Shown here: positions 24,650 to 37,512 of the stretch, piece by piece | Layout: each line of letters starts with the position of its first letter | How positions within the stretch are numbered: position 1 is the first letter of the stretch | Assembly: GCF_031769215.1 (NCBI RefSeq) | Contig: NW_026782573.1 | Coordinates: 124,001 to 188,000 of the forward strand | DNA length: 64,000 bases | Direction: 5' to 3' | Origin: Ylistrum balloti | Lineage: Eukaryota | Made by a program: the position numbers and the translations under genes | Notes under the pieces: generated by a model | What the model saw: only the letters and a program-made list of their open reading frames with translations | What the model was told of the DNA's origin: nothing | The model's database searches: none

Positions 24650-26440
24650 ATTCTGTACAGATGTGCGACCAGTCTCTCTAGAGATACAATGTCTCACCGA
24701 GGCAATGTCTATACAGAGATGTGACCAGTCTCCCTAGAGATACAATGTCTCACCGTGACAATGTCTGTACAGAGATGTGACCTGTATCTCTAGAGATACA
24801 ATATATCATCGTGACAATGTCTGTACAGAGATGTGACCTGTCTCTCTAGAGATACAATGTATCGCCGAGACAATATCTGTACAGAGATGTGACCAGTCTC
24901 TCTAGAGATACAATATATCATCGTGACAATGTCTGTACAGAGATGTGATCTGTCTCTCTAGAGATACAATGTATCGCCGAGACAATATCTGTACAGAGAT
25001 GTGACCTGTCTCTAGAGATACAATGTATCACCGTGACAATGTCTGTACAGAGATGTGACTAGTCTCTCTAGAGATACAATGTCTCACCGAGACAATGTCT
25101 GTACAGAGATGTGACCAGTCTCTCTAGAGATACAATGTCTCACCGAGGCAATATCTGTATAGAGATGTGACCAGTCTCTCTAGAGATACAATGTCTCACC
25201 GAGGCAATATCTGTACAGAGATGTGACCAGTCTCTCTAGAAATAAAATATATCATCGTGACAATATCTGTACAGCGATGTGACCAGTCTCTCTAGAGATA
25301 CAATGTATCACACAGACAATGTCTGTACAGAGATGTGACCAGTCTCTCTAGAGATACAATGTCTCACCGAGGCAATATCTGTACAGAGATGTGACCAGTC
25401 TCTTTAGAGATACAATGTATCACCGAGACAATATCTGTACAGAGATGTGACCTGTCTCTCTAGAGATACAATATATCACCGAGACAATATCTGTACAGAG
25501 ATGTGACCTGTCTCTCTAGAGATACAATGTATCACCGAGACAATATCTGTACAGAGATGTGACCAGTCTCTCTAGAGATACAATGTCTCACCGAGGCAAT
25601 GTCTGTACACAGATGTGACCAGTCTCTCTAGAGATACAATGTATCACCTTGGCAATGTCTGTACACAGATGTGACCTGTCTCTCTAGAGATACAATATAT
25701 CACCGAGACAATGTCTGTACAGAGATGTGACCTGTCTCTCTAGAGATACAATATATCATCGTGACAATGTCTGTACAGAGATGTGACCAGTCTCTAGAGA
25801 TACAATGTCTCACCGAGGCAATGTCTGTACAGAGATGTGACCTGTCTCTCTAGAGATACAATATATCACCAAGACAATGTCTGTACAGAGATGTGACCTG
25901 TCTCTCTAGAGATACAATGTATCACCGAGACAATATCTGTACAGAGATGTGACCAGTCTCTCTAGAGATACAATGTCTCACCGAGGCAATGTCTGTACAG
26001 AGATGTGACCAGTCTCTCTAGAGATACAATGTCTGTACACAGATGTGACCAGTCTCTCTAGAGATACAATGTATCACCTTGACAATGTCTGTACACTGAT
26101 GTGACCTGTCTCTCTAGAGATACAATACATCACCGAGACAATGTCTGTACAGAGATGTGACCAGTCTCTCTAGAGATACAATATATCATCGTGACAATGT
26201 CTGTACAGAGATGTGACCAGTCTCTCTAGAGATACAATATATCACCCAGACAATATCTGTACAGAGATGTGACCTGTCTCTCTAGAGATACAATGTATCA
26301 CCGAGACAATATCTGTACAGAGATGTGACCAGTCTCTCTAGAGATACAATATATCATCGTGACAATGTCTGTACAGAGATGTGACCAGTCTCTCTAGAGA
26401 TACAATGGATCACTTTAACAATGTCTGTACAGAACTGTGA
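24650..26440. repeat. 56-bp minisatellite, about 32 copies
   Basis: Unit agagatgtgaccagtctctctagagatacaatgtctcaccgagacaatgtctgtac; period 56 (25325, 25381). Contains the palindrome tctctagaga. Confidence 0.96.
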
Positions 26441-26921
26441 TTAGTTTCTCTTCACGATGACATTTTCTGTAGAGACGTTAAATTAGCTTCGATATGGAGA
26501 TTTGACTCGTTTCTGTTGACGAGGTTTTCTGCACACTGATATTCCAGCGTTATTTTAATTAGAAAATAAGAATTTATAAGCAATAAAAAAACTCACATAT
26601 ACATGAATGTAAATAATGCTAGATATGTATCTCGGCAGCCAAAGAATTCCGCCGTCATTTCGTCCTAATGTGACCTCATCTATTTTAAAAACTAAGCTTA
26701 TCAGTAGTATAACGGAGCCCTCAATACAAGTTATGAATAACATGTTTTTTTGTATGTTTTTGATTTGTTTATTAATTGGGTGATATTGAAACGATCACAA
26801 TTGAACCTGAAACTGGTATCATGAGTATTTGAAACTGACATACATTTTGTATATGTTTATTTTCAACGGGGGTTACTTTTATCAATAGTTTCTTGTTTTT
26901 GACATTTCCAGAAAAAACCCA

Positions 26922-27686
26922 ATGGCGAACATAGCAGACATCGAAGAAATTGTACAGACATGGGCATGGACGGCCTTTCAAAAGACCAGGTCGAAGGACG
27001 TCAGCAAATTAAAACTTGAAGATGTGAGGCTTGACGTGAATTGGTCACGAGTTCGATTCATAACCAGCCAGCCGGAATTTTCAGACGGACGAATGGTAGA
27101 AATGCCAAACTCGCAGGTTGTTTTCACATCAACTTTTGTCAACAATACAGACCAAGAACAGGAACATTCCTTCAAGACAGAACGTACCACCACTTCTGTA
27201 AGTACGGTTACTGTTTCAAAAGGCTACAGCAAAGGGTTTAATCTAGAACTTAAACTAGCACTTCCGGAGGAAGTGGCTGCAGTAACAGCAGGTTTTGGAC
27301 GGGAAGTAAATATGGATAATACAGAGGAGAGTTGTCACGAGGAATCGATCACGTGGGCTGTAGACAGCACCGTCAGGGTGCCGGCAAAACACACGACCAC
27401 TGCGGAAATGGTCGTGAAAGAAAAGCAATTCACTTCTAGCTACAAAATGTCAGTGAGAATACGAGGAATAGTGATAGTCTCCGTGCTAAATTTAAAGGAT
27501 AACAATTCTTTTGTACAGTCTACAGAAGGTGACTTTTCTGTTATCATGGCGGACGAGCTGAAACGGGGACGAAGTGGATATCAAGTGGAAAACAAAACAG
27601 TCATCTTCAATGTAGAGGGTTCTTGTAAGTTTAGGTTTGGGGTTGAGCAGAAAGTACAGCTCAAAGAAAAACCGATCGAAGATTGA
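26922..27686 (+). CDS. ETX/MTX2-domain (aerolysin-like, LIN-24-like) beta-pore-forming protein, 254 aa, single coding exon
   Basis: Uninterrupted ORF with motifs typical of the family: VVFTSTFVNNTDQEQEHSFKT, a Ser/Thr-rich alternating region with the amphipathic hairpin GYSKGFNLELKLALPEEVAAVTAGFGREVNM, WAVDSTVRVPAKHTTTAEMVV, and C-terminal FNVEGSCKFRFGVEQKV. Acceptor ttccag at 26911 implies a 5' UTR intron. No signal peptide. Confidence 0.82.
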   Translation: MANIADIEEIVQTWAWTAFQKTRSKDVSKLKLEDVRLDVNWSRVRFITSQPEFSDGRMVEMPNSQVVFTSTFVNNTDQEQEHSFKTERTTTSVSTVTVSKGYSKGFNLELKLALPEEVAAVTAGFGREVNMDNTEESCHEESITWAVDSTVRVPAKHTTTAEMVVKEKQFTSSYKMSVRIRGIVIVSVLNLKDNNSFVQSTEGDFSVIMADELKRGRSGYQVENKTVIFNVEGSCKFRFGVEQKVQLKEKPIED

Positions 27687-30051
27687 AATATGATTTAATT
27701 GTCAGTTGGTGACAATTAATTTTCCGGTTGGTAGCCTATTTCATAAGATATATTTGGTTAAATCATATGTCTATGATGCGGCTAAGATCTGGGGAAAAAT
27801 TATGGTGATCGGTACCAGTGTCTTAAGTCTACATTATGGAATGCCAAGCTTTTTGGTTGTCAAGCATGCGCATTGAAAATTAACTTTTATATGAAAGATC
27901 CACGCCGGATCAACACTAGGTGGCGCTTCACGACAACTTTGCAGGCGCCGTCTGGTGAGAACTGGGAATGTAATCACCGCCAGTATGGTAGTTTAACAAA
28001 TTAATTCATTATTATATTTAATATTCACTAATTATATTGTTACGGTCAATGAAGTTGATTGATGCCGTGAAGTTCGCTTTCGGATCACATTAAAATTACA
28101 ACTATTAACGATATATTTGTAACTGTAGGTTGCTGGTAATGTTGAATAATACGTTAAGCTTAATTGTGATACTTGTTTATACAGCTTTTACTTGTTATCT
28201 CTCAAGCTAAACTCAATAAATGAGAACATTTAATCCAATCTGCTGACCGGATGATCGGATCTCAAATCGAAACACATTTATTTTCGTATTTTTTGAAAGC
28301 TCACCAGCTGTTATAATGTGTATAATAGATATATATGTTATAATGTAAAGGGTTTCCTAAGACACTTTAACAGTAGGTCACGAAAATAGAAACCAATCGA
28401 AAATCCGTTTCTGAAACTCTGAAAAATCTGTGATGTTAAAGTTAGTTTAAATGCTGAGTAAGGTAGTGTACTGTTATTGCAGGTAGGCAGATTGCTGTTT
28501 ACGATAATTGTTCATTGTCTTTTTTATCATTTCAGTATCAGAAATTATCAGTTAGATAAAATGGCTCCTATTTTACTATTCAGATTCATACGAATGAAAT
28601 TAAACTTACATTCAGTGGGTTCCAATACAGATTTGGTTTATACACTACGGATGTGACCCAAATATTTAAAAAAAAAAACGGTATCTGAATATAAGTACAC
28701 TTCCTGGAATGACCGGAAAACATTAATATTCCCTTTAAAGTGAACATGTATGATGAAATGTAAAAATAACAAAGAAACATTATCACGTACACTTATACGA
28801 GAATATAATACCAAAAGAATGTATATATAGGGTGCTAATCATTCGTAATGAACTTTTCTGTTCTAGCCGACTTCCTCGTGTGTTAAGAGCACATGTTCAA
28901 ACAGACGTAGCATGTAATTTTACAAATATTACCAGGTGGCTGTCGGTAAACAACATTGTCATATCGTAAGCATATTATTATGATTCTGTACCAAATTTTA
29001 CAATATACATTGACATTAATGTAAAGGATTTTATATTAAACCAAAAATAAGATCTCAGTTGTATGATTTGTACTTGTGTGTAATTCAGCGGCGTCCGGCG
29101 TTGAGGATTTATCACAGACTGGAAACAAACACAATATATACCAAACAGGACGTTTCACACTTAAACATGTGAACATTCAATTTAATTTAAAACTTTCAAT
29201 TGAAGACAGAAACGTATTTCTTTCTTTTTTAATCTGATTTTATATTTAATATATTAACTTAAACTAACTTGTGAATGAAGAATCCACGAGAAAAAAATTG
29301 TATATATTTCCGGATATTAAGTAAAAGAAAGAAACCAGTAGTGAGAAAGAGAACGTCGATTAATTCATAATATCTCTTGATTTTTCATCAGGAAAAGTCG
29401 CTTCTTGTCGGTACTGGGGGAAGGGAAATAACTCGTTCTTATTTTCGTCGACTCAACATGACGCCAAACACATCATATCGTTCATATAACTTTATTTTCT
29501 TTAATGCTAGTGATATTTAACAGGGCAAGATAGAGTAGACTAACCATCACAGTAAAACTACATTACAGACTGCATGCACAGCAACGTGTCTTATTCTTAA
29601 CGTATCAAAAAGATTAAAATTCTAAAACATTCTTTATGTTTCAAGTCTTGTCAAATTATCAGATTTTCATCTTAATATTTAAAAAGAACATATTTTCAAA
29701 TACTTCAAATTTATCTTTTTTTTTTCCTTTTTGCATTAAGATTTTTTACATTGAAATCTTTAAAAGGAGACTTACTAATCATTGTCATTGAAGAAAAATC
29801 CACTGTCCAGTAAATTAGAAAAATAACAAGTACCTACAGTTTAGAAAAAAATATCTGAAGCTAGTTAAAAAGATGAATATAAATGTATACTGAAACAGTC
29901 TCAGTTATGGTAATTGTAACAATGGCAGGAGAGCAAAATTTAAATGACAGATATTTGTCACTTTCATGAATATAACCTAGCACATTTAAAGTAGCAAATA
30001 ACATTTATATTTTTACAGGGATTGACATGAATAATGTCTACAGCCTTAAAG

Positions 30052-30562
30052 CCTTAATCACAACAGGTGTGACACCCAGGTATAACCTTAACCACAACAG
30101 GTGCCACACTAAGGTAGAACCTTAACCACAACAGGTGTCACACCCAGGTATAAGCTTAACCACAACATGTGTCACACCAAGGTAGAACCTTAACGACTAC
30201 AGGTGTCACACTCAGGTATAACCTTAACCACAACAGGTGTAACACCCAGGTATAACCTTAACCACAACAGGTGTCACACCAAGGTATAACCTTAACCACA
30301 ACTGGTGTCACACCAAGGTATAACCTTAACCACAACTGGTGTCACACCAAGGTAGAACCTTAACGACTACAGGTGTCACACCAAAGTATTAACCTTAACG
30401 ACTACAGGTGTCACACTCAGGTATAACCTTAACCACAACAGGTGTAACACCCAGGTATAACCTTAACAACAACAGGTGTCACACCAAAGTATAACCTTAA
30501 CGACTACAGGTGTTGCACCAAGGTATAACCTTAACCACAACAGGTGTCACACCTAAGTTTAA
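30052..30562. repeat. 34-bp minisatellite, about 15 copies
   Basis: Unit ccttaaccacaacaggtgtcacacccaggtataa; period 34 (30061, 30095). Confidence 0.93.
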
Positions 30563-30770
30563 CCAATATATCAAAAAGGAAGAATAAACATAATTATAAT
30601 TAAATTTACATATGTAAAGGAAATATTGTAAATATATTGTATAAAAAGTTTTTTTTAATCCTTAAAAAAGAGGACAAAGCAGATTCTACATAAATGTGTT
30701 ATATTTTGTTCAAGAAAAAGCAGTTATATATTTATACCACTACAGCCAACCCTTACATAAAACTATAGTT

Positions 30771-31290
30771 AAACAACACATACAACTAGTGCTAAACAAC
30801 ACATACAACTAGTGCTAAACAACACATACAAATAGTGCTACATAACACATACAACTAGTACTTAACAACATGTACAACTAGATCTAAACAACACATACAA
30901 CTAGTGCTAAACAACACATACAACTAGTACTTAACAACACGTACAACTAGATCTAAACAACACATACAAATAGTGCTACATAACACATACAACTAGTACT
31001 TAACAACACATACAACTAGTGCTAAACAACACATACAACTAGTGCTAAACAACACATACAACTAGTGCTAAACAACACATACAACTAGTACTTAACAACA
31101 CATACAACTAGTGCTAAACAACACATACAAATAGTGCTACATAACACATACAACTAGCACTTAACAACACATACAACTAGTGCTAAACAACACATACAAA
31201 TAGTGCTAAACAACACATACAACTAGTACTTAACAACACATACAACTTGATCTAAACAACACATACAACTAGATCTAAACAACACACAAC
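30771..31290. repeat. 23-bp minisatellite, unrelated in sequence to the 18-20 kb array
   Basis: Unit aaacaacacatacaactagtgct; period 23 (30781, 30804). Confidence 0.93.
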
Positions 31291-32892
31291 TAAACCTTTA
31301 ACTAACATCATAACACTGATATCTTTTAAGTACAGATTCTGGCATCTGATATGAAACTAAACAACACTGCCATTACACATCCTTTTATATCCATCATTAG
31401 TTTTAAAGAAGCGAGTGAAATTATGTCAATTAATTTATCCTACATAACTCTCTTTATGAAGTCCATTCACATTACTTATCTGCTTCTCAGGGAAATGTAC
31501 CAAAACAGTATGGCAAAATTTGGCATAATTTGAAGATCTACTTATCACATCAAATTATACCTAAAATAGACAAAAGTCCTGCGAGAACGAAGAACAGAAA
31601 GTTACTTTACACATCCTTATACATTATACTTTTAAAACATTAACGTTCAGCTGCTCCTATCTTAATAGTAATTCTTAAATTTGTTTTACAAGTTTTTGCT
31701 TTTAGGTATCCTTCAAGTCACTGAATCTATATTGGACCAAGCAGTTATATATAGCAAAGAAAATTACAACATTTACTCAAAGGGACATTTTACACTTGCT
31801 GACAACAGAACTTTAGATACTGTAGAATCATTCATTTTTGTGGGTACTCTAAGTCTATAAATTTATTTGTCCACGAAATAATTAACAAATAAAAGTTGAC
31901 AAAGATTGTAGTGCTGGTGGATTTCATCGGAAAGATTTATCCGCAAAATGTTTCAATGAAAATGTCAATTTTTCGAAACCCACAAAATTAAGCACACCAC
32001 GAAAATTTATGATTTTACAGTGACTGATAAAAGAGCACTATCATAAATAATAAAATATCATCACATTAACGTAGAAGGCACCGTGGTAGACTCAATAGAG
32101 TAAAAGAAAATTCATTTGTTAATGAAGCAAAGTGCAACTCCATATGACATACAAAATAAGGAAAAAATTTCACTGGACAGTAAGTTTTCTAAAACTAATA
32201 ATGGAACAATTGTTTGAAGCTGAAACTCTGTTTTATCCATAAATATCTCTGCTATTCAGAAACTATACAAATATTTAAGGACTCTACCAAATACTGTTTT
32301 TAAATGTCAAATTATTGTCCAGCATCATTTCATTTTAACTGCTGAAATGTTCATCATGTTAGCAATGGAAGCATTTGTTTATGAACTAAAGTCGTGAAAC
32401 AGTCTGGTGGCATGTGTTCATGTGTTGTCAGAGATATTACATCAAAATACAAAAACAAAATAACAAACCCCCCACCCCCTGTTCCTCCCAAGGAAAAAAG
32501 AACAAAAACCAAAATTTCAGATTATATATAGAGGTTAGATAATATATAAAAAAAACAACATAGGTGTCAGAATTCAAAAGTTAAGATCTGGTATAACATG
32601 TACAACAATGTATAACACTCATCAGATATAGGTAAAAAAATAAACAGGTTTCTACCACAATAGGTGAAAATAATCATTCCAAGTGTTGAATAAACATACC
32701 TGTTATACTTCATGTGGTATAACACTTTGGTACGTTTAGATTGTCTGACAGGGTGAACTTTGACCTAAAGGGTGCTTCATGCACTCATGGATATAAGAAC
32801 ACTATAATCAGTAGTCCAGGCTTGTTTTTTTAATAATTTGATTTTTATCTAAATTGCTATCCTGTTTTACTTTGTAGATAACAAATTAATAA

Positions 32893-33161
32893 ATATTAAT
32901 TAGCAGTATTTCACTAAAGTTCATGTTAATTAGCAGTATTTCACTAAAGGGCATATTAATTAGCAGTATTTCACTAAAGGTCATATTAATTAGTGATATT
33001 TCACTAAAGGTCATATTAATTAGCAGTATTTCACTAAAGGTCATATTAATTAGTGGTATTTCACTAAAGGTCATATTAATTAGCGGTATTTCACTAAAGG
33101 TCATATTAATTAGCGGTATTTCACTAAAGGTCATATTAATTAGCGGTATTTCACTAAAGGT
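32893..33161. repeat. 30-bp minisatellite, about 9 copies
   Basis: Unit atattaattagcagtatttcactaaaggtc; explains the 10-aa-repeat ORFs on both strands. Confidence 0.93.
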
Positions 33162-33514
33162 GATGACAAACAAAACAAAAGTGAGTTTAGAACAGGTCAG
33201 TTCAACTTAGGAATAGCTTTTATCATCCTGGTAGAAACAGGTCACACAAACTTGTATATATAGTATTTCTTTCACTCTCCTTTTTATTTTTTAAAATTAC
33301 AAAAAAAAAAACACTTGAAAGAGTTCATGTTTTTTGTAAGATCTGAAAAATAAATCACTGAATTGAAAGAAATACCATATACCTGAGTTACTACAACCAC
33401 TAGTTTTGTAACCTCTACATATTGAATTTTGTTTCATATCAATACCATTATCTATCTAAAAATAGGTTGGTGTGTGGTGGAATTTCCATAACAAAGGGAG
33501 GTTACTCTATATAT

Positions 33515-33616
33515 CTAACTGTCCGGGTCCTGGTCCAATCCTGACTTAGACAGTGCAACATCCCATGAGTATTCTTCTTTTTTCTTCAGAGTAATTATCA
33601 CTTTTTCTTTATCATA
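33515..33616 (-). CDS. CS/p23-like (HSP20-like chaperone fold) small protein, exon 4 of 4
   Basis: Acceptor tttgtttcag; YDKEKVIITLKKKEEYSWDVALSKSGLDQDPDS*. The KVIITLKK...W..L pattern is typical of CS-domain C-termini. Confidence 0.8.
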   Translation of the reverse strand, partial: YDKEKVIITLKKKEEYSWDVALSKSGLDQDPDS

Positions 33617-33821
33617 CTGAAACAAAAACAATCATTAATGGAGATTGATGAATTGTTCACATATATTCAATGGTACACTTTGGATCATACAGTTCTAACA
33701 AAATCCATTATAACAAACTTGAGTACACTTCAATGGGTTTTGATATGTCTTGATAATCAAACTGATTACACCTTCCTGCACTTAAAAACATTTTTTAAAG
33801 GAATGTATATGTTACTTATTG

Positions 33822-34262
33822 AGAAAAGTGCCATAGAAACACTTAAATTACTTACTGAGACACAAGCTGCCATAAAAATACTTAAATACCTTACTGAGAC
33901 ACAAGCAGCCATAAAAACACTTAAATTACTTACTGAGACACAAGCTGCCATAAAAACACTTAAATACCTTACTGAGACACAAGCTGCCATAGAAACACTT
34001 AAATACCTTACTGAGACACAAGCTGCCATAGAAACATTTAACTTACTTACTGAAACACAAGCTGCCATAGAAACACTTAACTTACTTATTGAGACACAAG
34101 CTGCCATAGAAACACTAAAATTACTTAATGAGACACAAGCTGCCATAGAAACACTTAAATTATTGAGACACTAGACACGACAGAAAAACTTAGTTTCTTA
34201 CTGCGACACTAGATATTACAAAAATACTTGAATTACTTACTGAGACACTTGATGCATCTGTG
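33822..34262. repeat. 39-bp minisatellite in intron 3 of the CS-domain gene, derived from the exon 3 donor junction
   Basis: Unit ttacttactgagacacaagctgccataaaaacacttaaa; period 39, in register with the true donor at 34240. Confidence 0.92.
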
Positions 34263-34352
34263 TCTACAAGGCTTGGTAACTTATTAGCCTTGTATTTGTA
34301 CTTGGTCACCTTTCCCTTTTTATCTTTGATATCTGCTGTCAACTCAAGGGAG
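34241..34352 (-). CDS. CS/p23-like protein, exon 3
   Basis: Acceptor gtttcag, donor gtaagt; phase 2 in and phase 0 out. SLELTADIKDKKGKVTKYKYKANKLPSLVDTDASSVS. Confidence 0.82.
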
Positions 34353-34838
34353 CTGAAACAGTTATCAAACTTTCAACAATTGATGTCCTTACAACCATTC
34401 AATCAAGGTGAGCTTATTTTAAAAGATCAAGAATTAATTGTTTTCAAACAACTGTACATTCAATGATTCATATTTAGATAAAGAAAGGGAAAGTTGTAGA
34501 AGCTAGAACCATATATACCAATATCACTGGGTTACAGTTATACAATACCATTATATATATATGTTATGATATACATTTTTATCTATCGAAAATTGAATGT
34601 TTTCAGAAATCTCCCTCAACTTTTTAATACATCTTTAAGTCTACTAATTGTGTATGCACTGTTGGTCAATCAAGTGAGCTAAGCTAACAACTTAATGAGT
34701 TATTTATATATCATTTGATATGTAAACTCTTCTAAAGCCCGTGATATACAGGTTGAGAGACTCTGGTATATACAAATGTAAAATTAGAGCTAATGTGCAG
34801 CCAGTTTATCCACAAACACTCTAATTTATTGTACTGAC

Positions 34839-34980
34839 CTTTCCTCCAGTTTAACGTCGATAGTGCATACATCTTCTTTAGGTTTCTTACTCCCAAGAAA
34901 CAACATTGATTTCTGAACTTTTAGTCCTGGGATCAGAACCTGAACCTCTGCCGTAGACAGCTCCTTGTCTTTAGCTACAA
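34839..34980 (-). CDS. CS/p23-like protein, exon 2
   Basis: Acceptor actgcag, donor gtcagt; phase 1 in and phase 2 out. VAKDKELSTAEVQVLIPGLKVQKSMLFLGSKKPKEDVCTIDVKLEE. Confidence 0.82.
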
Positions 34981-36048
34981 CTGCAGTACAAGGGATACAC
35001 ACAATCTAACAAGTAATATCAATGGTATGATCAAAAATTGGTACTGGATCCTGACAAACAAATGTTTGTTGGATTCATATTACTGGAATAGATATATGAC
35101 CAATGAAGTAATAGGGACAGTATGGACAAGTGAATTGTCAAATTTTCAAAGTAAGACACAAATGTTATTTAAATTACACCACATACACATAAAACAAATG
35201 CAAAATTATAAACTAAAATTGAGAACGGTAATGTATATTTAGGAGTTGTGATAATCCTTTGTACAATGGATGCCAAAAGCCCGTTTTACTGGAAAAAACA
35301 TCTGAAGTTATATTGTAATGAAAGATGGTGAATAAAATAACAAAAATGTTTTATAGAAACCTCGGTATGTTGTGTAGTTACAGAGCGTATAAGTAATCAA
35401 CACAATTCACTTCTCTGCACTGTCGGTCTTACTTCATTGATCACATATCTATTATATTTACATAACACTGTAACACAGGTAATCATTTTCAATGCATTTC
35501 AAGTAAGACCCTGATACAGTACCGAGAGCAATGCTTTTGTATGAACCAAAACTAATCGCACCTTGTTGACCTTGCTGACACTACAAACATGTACTGTAAA
35601 ACATTTATATGTTAAATGAAAGCAATAAACCTTTAACATCAATGCTTAATGATTTTGTAGACGGATAAATTTACTGTAAGACAAAATTCCAAAAATCTCA
35701 AGTGATATCTGTTATGTAAAATTTTAGCGATTGTAGTTTCTTTAATTAGAGTATTACAGTATTAATAGTATAGTATATGGTGTATGAGTGTAGATCGTAA
35801 TCGTTGGACTGGTTATCAAATACAAGAACCTTAAATAACAAAATAGTATTTCGTTCGGCTAATAATACGCATTAGTCATTACTTGTCTATATGGGCGTTT
35901 CCATATAATATCCTTAATGTCCTTCAGTCGGTGCTCAAAAATCTCAAATAACACAGTATTTTGAATGTTACTTTATTTTTAAACCCAAGGAAAGCTTTCA
36001 AATTAAAATATGTTCATCTTGTGTGTCACTTTTCCAACTTAAATTTAC

Positions 36049-36082
36049 CTGTTGGAGTCTGTGTCTCATCGCCGTCAGCCAT
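36049..36082 (-). CDS. CS/p23-like protein, first coding exon (MADGDETQTPT); full product 129 aa
   Basis: ATG in acgATGg context; donor gtaaat, phase 1, matching exon 2. All four exons join without stops. Confidence 0.72.
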
Positions 36083-37105
36083 CGTTAATCTTTTTCAGAA
36101 GAGTTATACCCCTTGCTTGACTACCTCTTCCGGCCAAAAAGAAAATGAAAGTAAGATGGTATCACGTACGTTAAACGTAGACGTATAAGAACCAAATAAA
36201 TACTTGACATTGTTCCACATTTTTTCGCAGAGTTACACATTCAATATTTCAGTTTGATTATTGTTCCTCGAATGTTGCTTAAATACGACAACCAAAGTTT
36301 GTTTGTAGTGCAGGTACACACGCCCTCCTTAGACGTTGGCCAACAGTCCGAATAGTGTAAAGTATAAACGACCGATCATACGAATATCTTTTCATATAAT
36401 TACTTGATTTTTTTTACGTAAATCAGACCTTGATAATTTAATCAATTATCAGACTGTTGAGTTATCAGGAATGTCCGTGTATATGTAGCAGTGTAGATCT
36501 TTGCCAGTTTAAACACCAACAAACACACTTGTAAAGGGTTCTCCGATTGATAAAACTACATTTATCACCCTGTAACAATATAAAACAATCATTAGCGATG
36601 GCTTTACCATAAATTACTTCGTAGATATCGCACATATACAGCACAATATAAATATTTTGATAACAAGCCGTTCGCTTATACATGTAGGTATAGAACTATT
36701 AAAATTACAAATACTTTAACTAGATTTACAGTTTCAAATATAATAGTTACATGCTATATTGAGCATAATTATATATAATGAATATTGCAAATCTTATCAT
36801 CCATGTACATACAGAACAGATCGTTAAAAACGCAATAAATTGAATATACATCGGGCTTTTAAGGGCGTACCCATTTGTGGAATAGGGCGGTGGGATCACT
36901 GTACAGCCGACGATATAGTACTAATAAGTAACAGTAATCTGCATAAAAAACAAACACAATACAGTAAATTAAAAAAAACCATATAGCGTTACCGGTACAT
37001 ATATATAAATCCGACCACGATTACACAAATCAAATATACTTTCAAAGGAAGCAAATGAATTAGTAATTGCACAATTAATTTAGTGAAAATTAGTAAATGT
37101 CTTAC

Positions 37106-37260
37106 CTGTCAAAATTCCATCCTGTCAGTCAAGTGCCTATGGACAGAGTGCCGAATAGCGCGCCAAAAATGACCAAAATACAAAAACGACAAAGAAAACA
37201 CTGACCATTGGCTAAGGAAAGAGGTACTGACGGGATTATCAGAAACTGGCCAATCAAGAA
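37106..37260 (-). promoter_or_regulatory. Possible non-coding first exon and promoter of the CS-domain gene
   Basis: Strong minus-strand donor CAG/gtaaga at 37105, CCAAT boxes nearby, and only a 3-codon uORF (MEF*) in the exon. Confidence 0.3.
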
Positions 37261-37474
37261 ATAGAAATACCTTAAACATACACCAAGGCCAAAATAAAGG
37301 GAAACGCATATTTAAATTAATAGACGGACGCTATATATGTATTGGTATAATAAAAACATGAAATAACGAAATATCGTCTCTGCCACATATATGTTTCATT
37401 TTAGCTTAAATTCACACATATGTAATTGTTTAGGAATGACACAGTGGCTGTGTGATATGGGTCTTAAGGAAGTC

Positions 37475-37512
37475 GACGACGACGACGACGACGATGATGA
37501 TGATGATGATGA
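37475..37512. repeat. Compound (GAC)n(GAT)n microsatellite
   Basis: gacgacgac...gatgatgat seen directly. Confidence 0.85.

Noticed and set aside
12075-26440. Regular arrays superficially resembling CRISPR repeats
   Set aside because: Units are contiguous with no unique spacers, there are no cas genes, and the context is eukaryotic.
32886-34174. ORFs with 10-aa and 13-aa repeats on both strands
   Set aside because: They come from 30-bp and 39-bp minisatellites in the intron and 3' region of the CS-domain gene.
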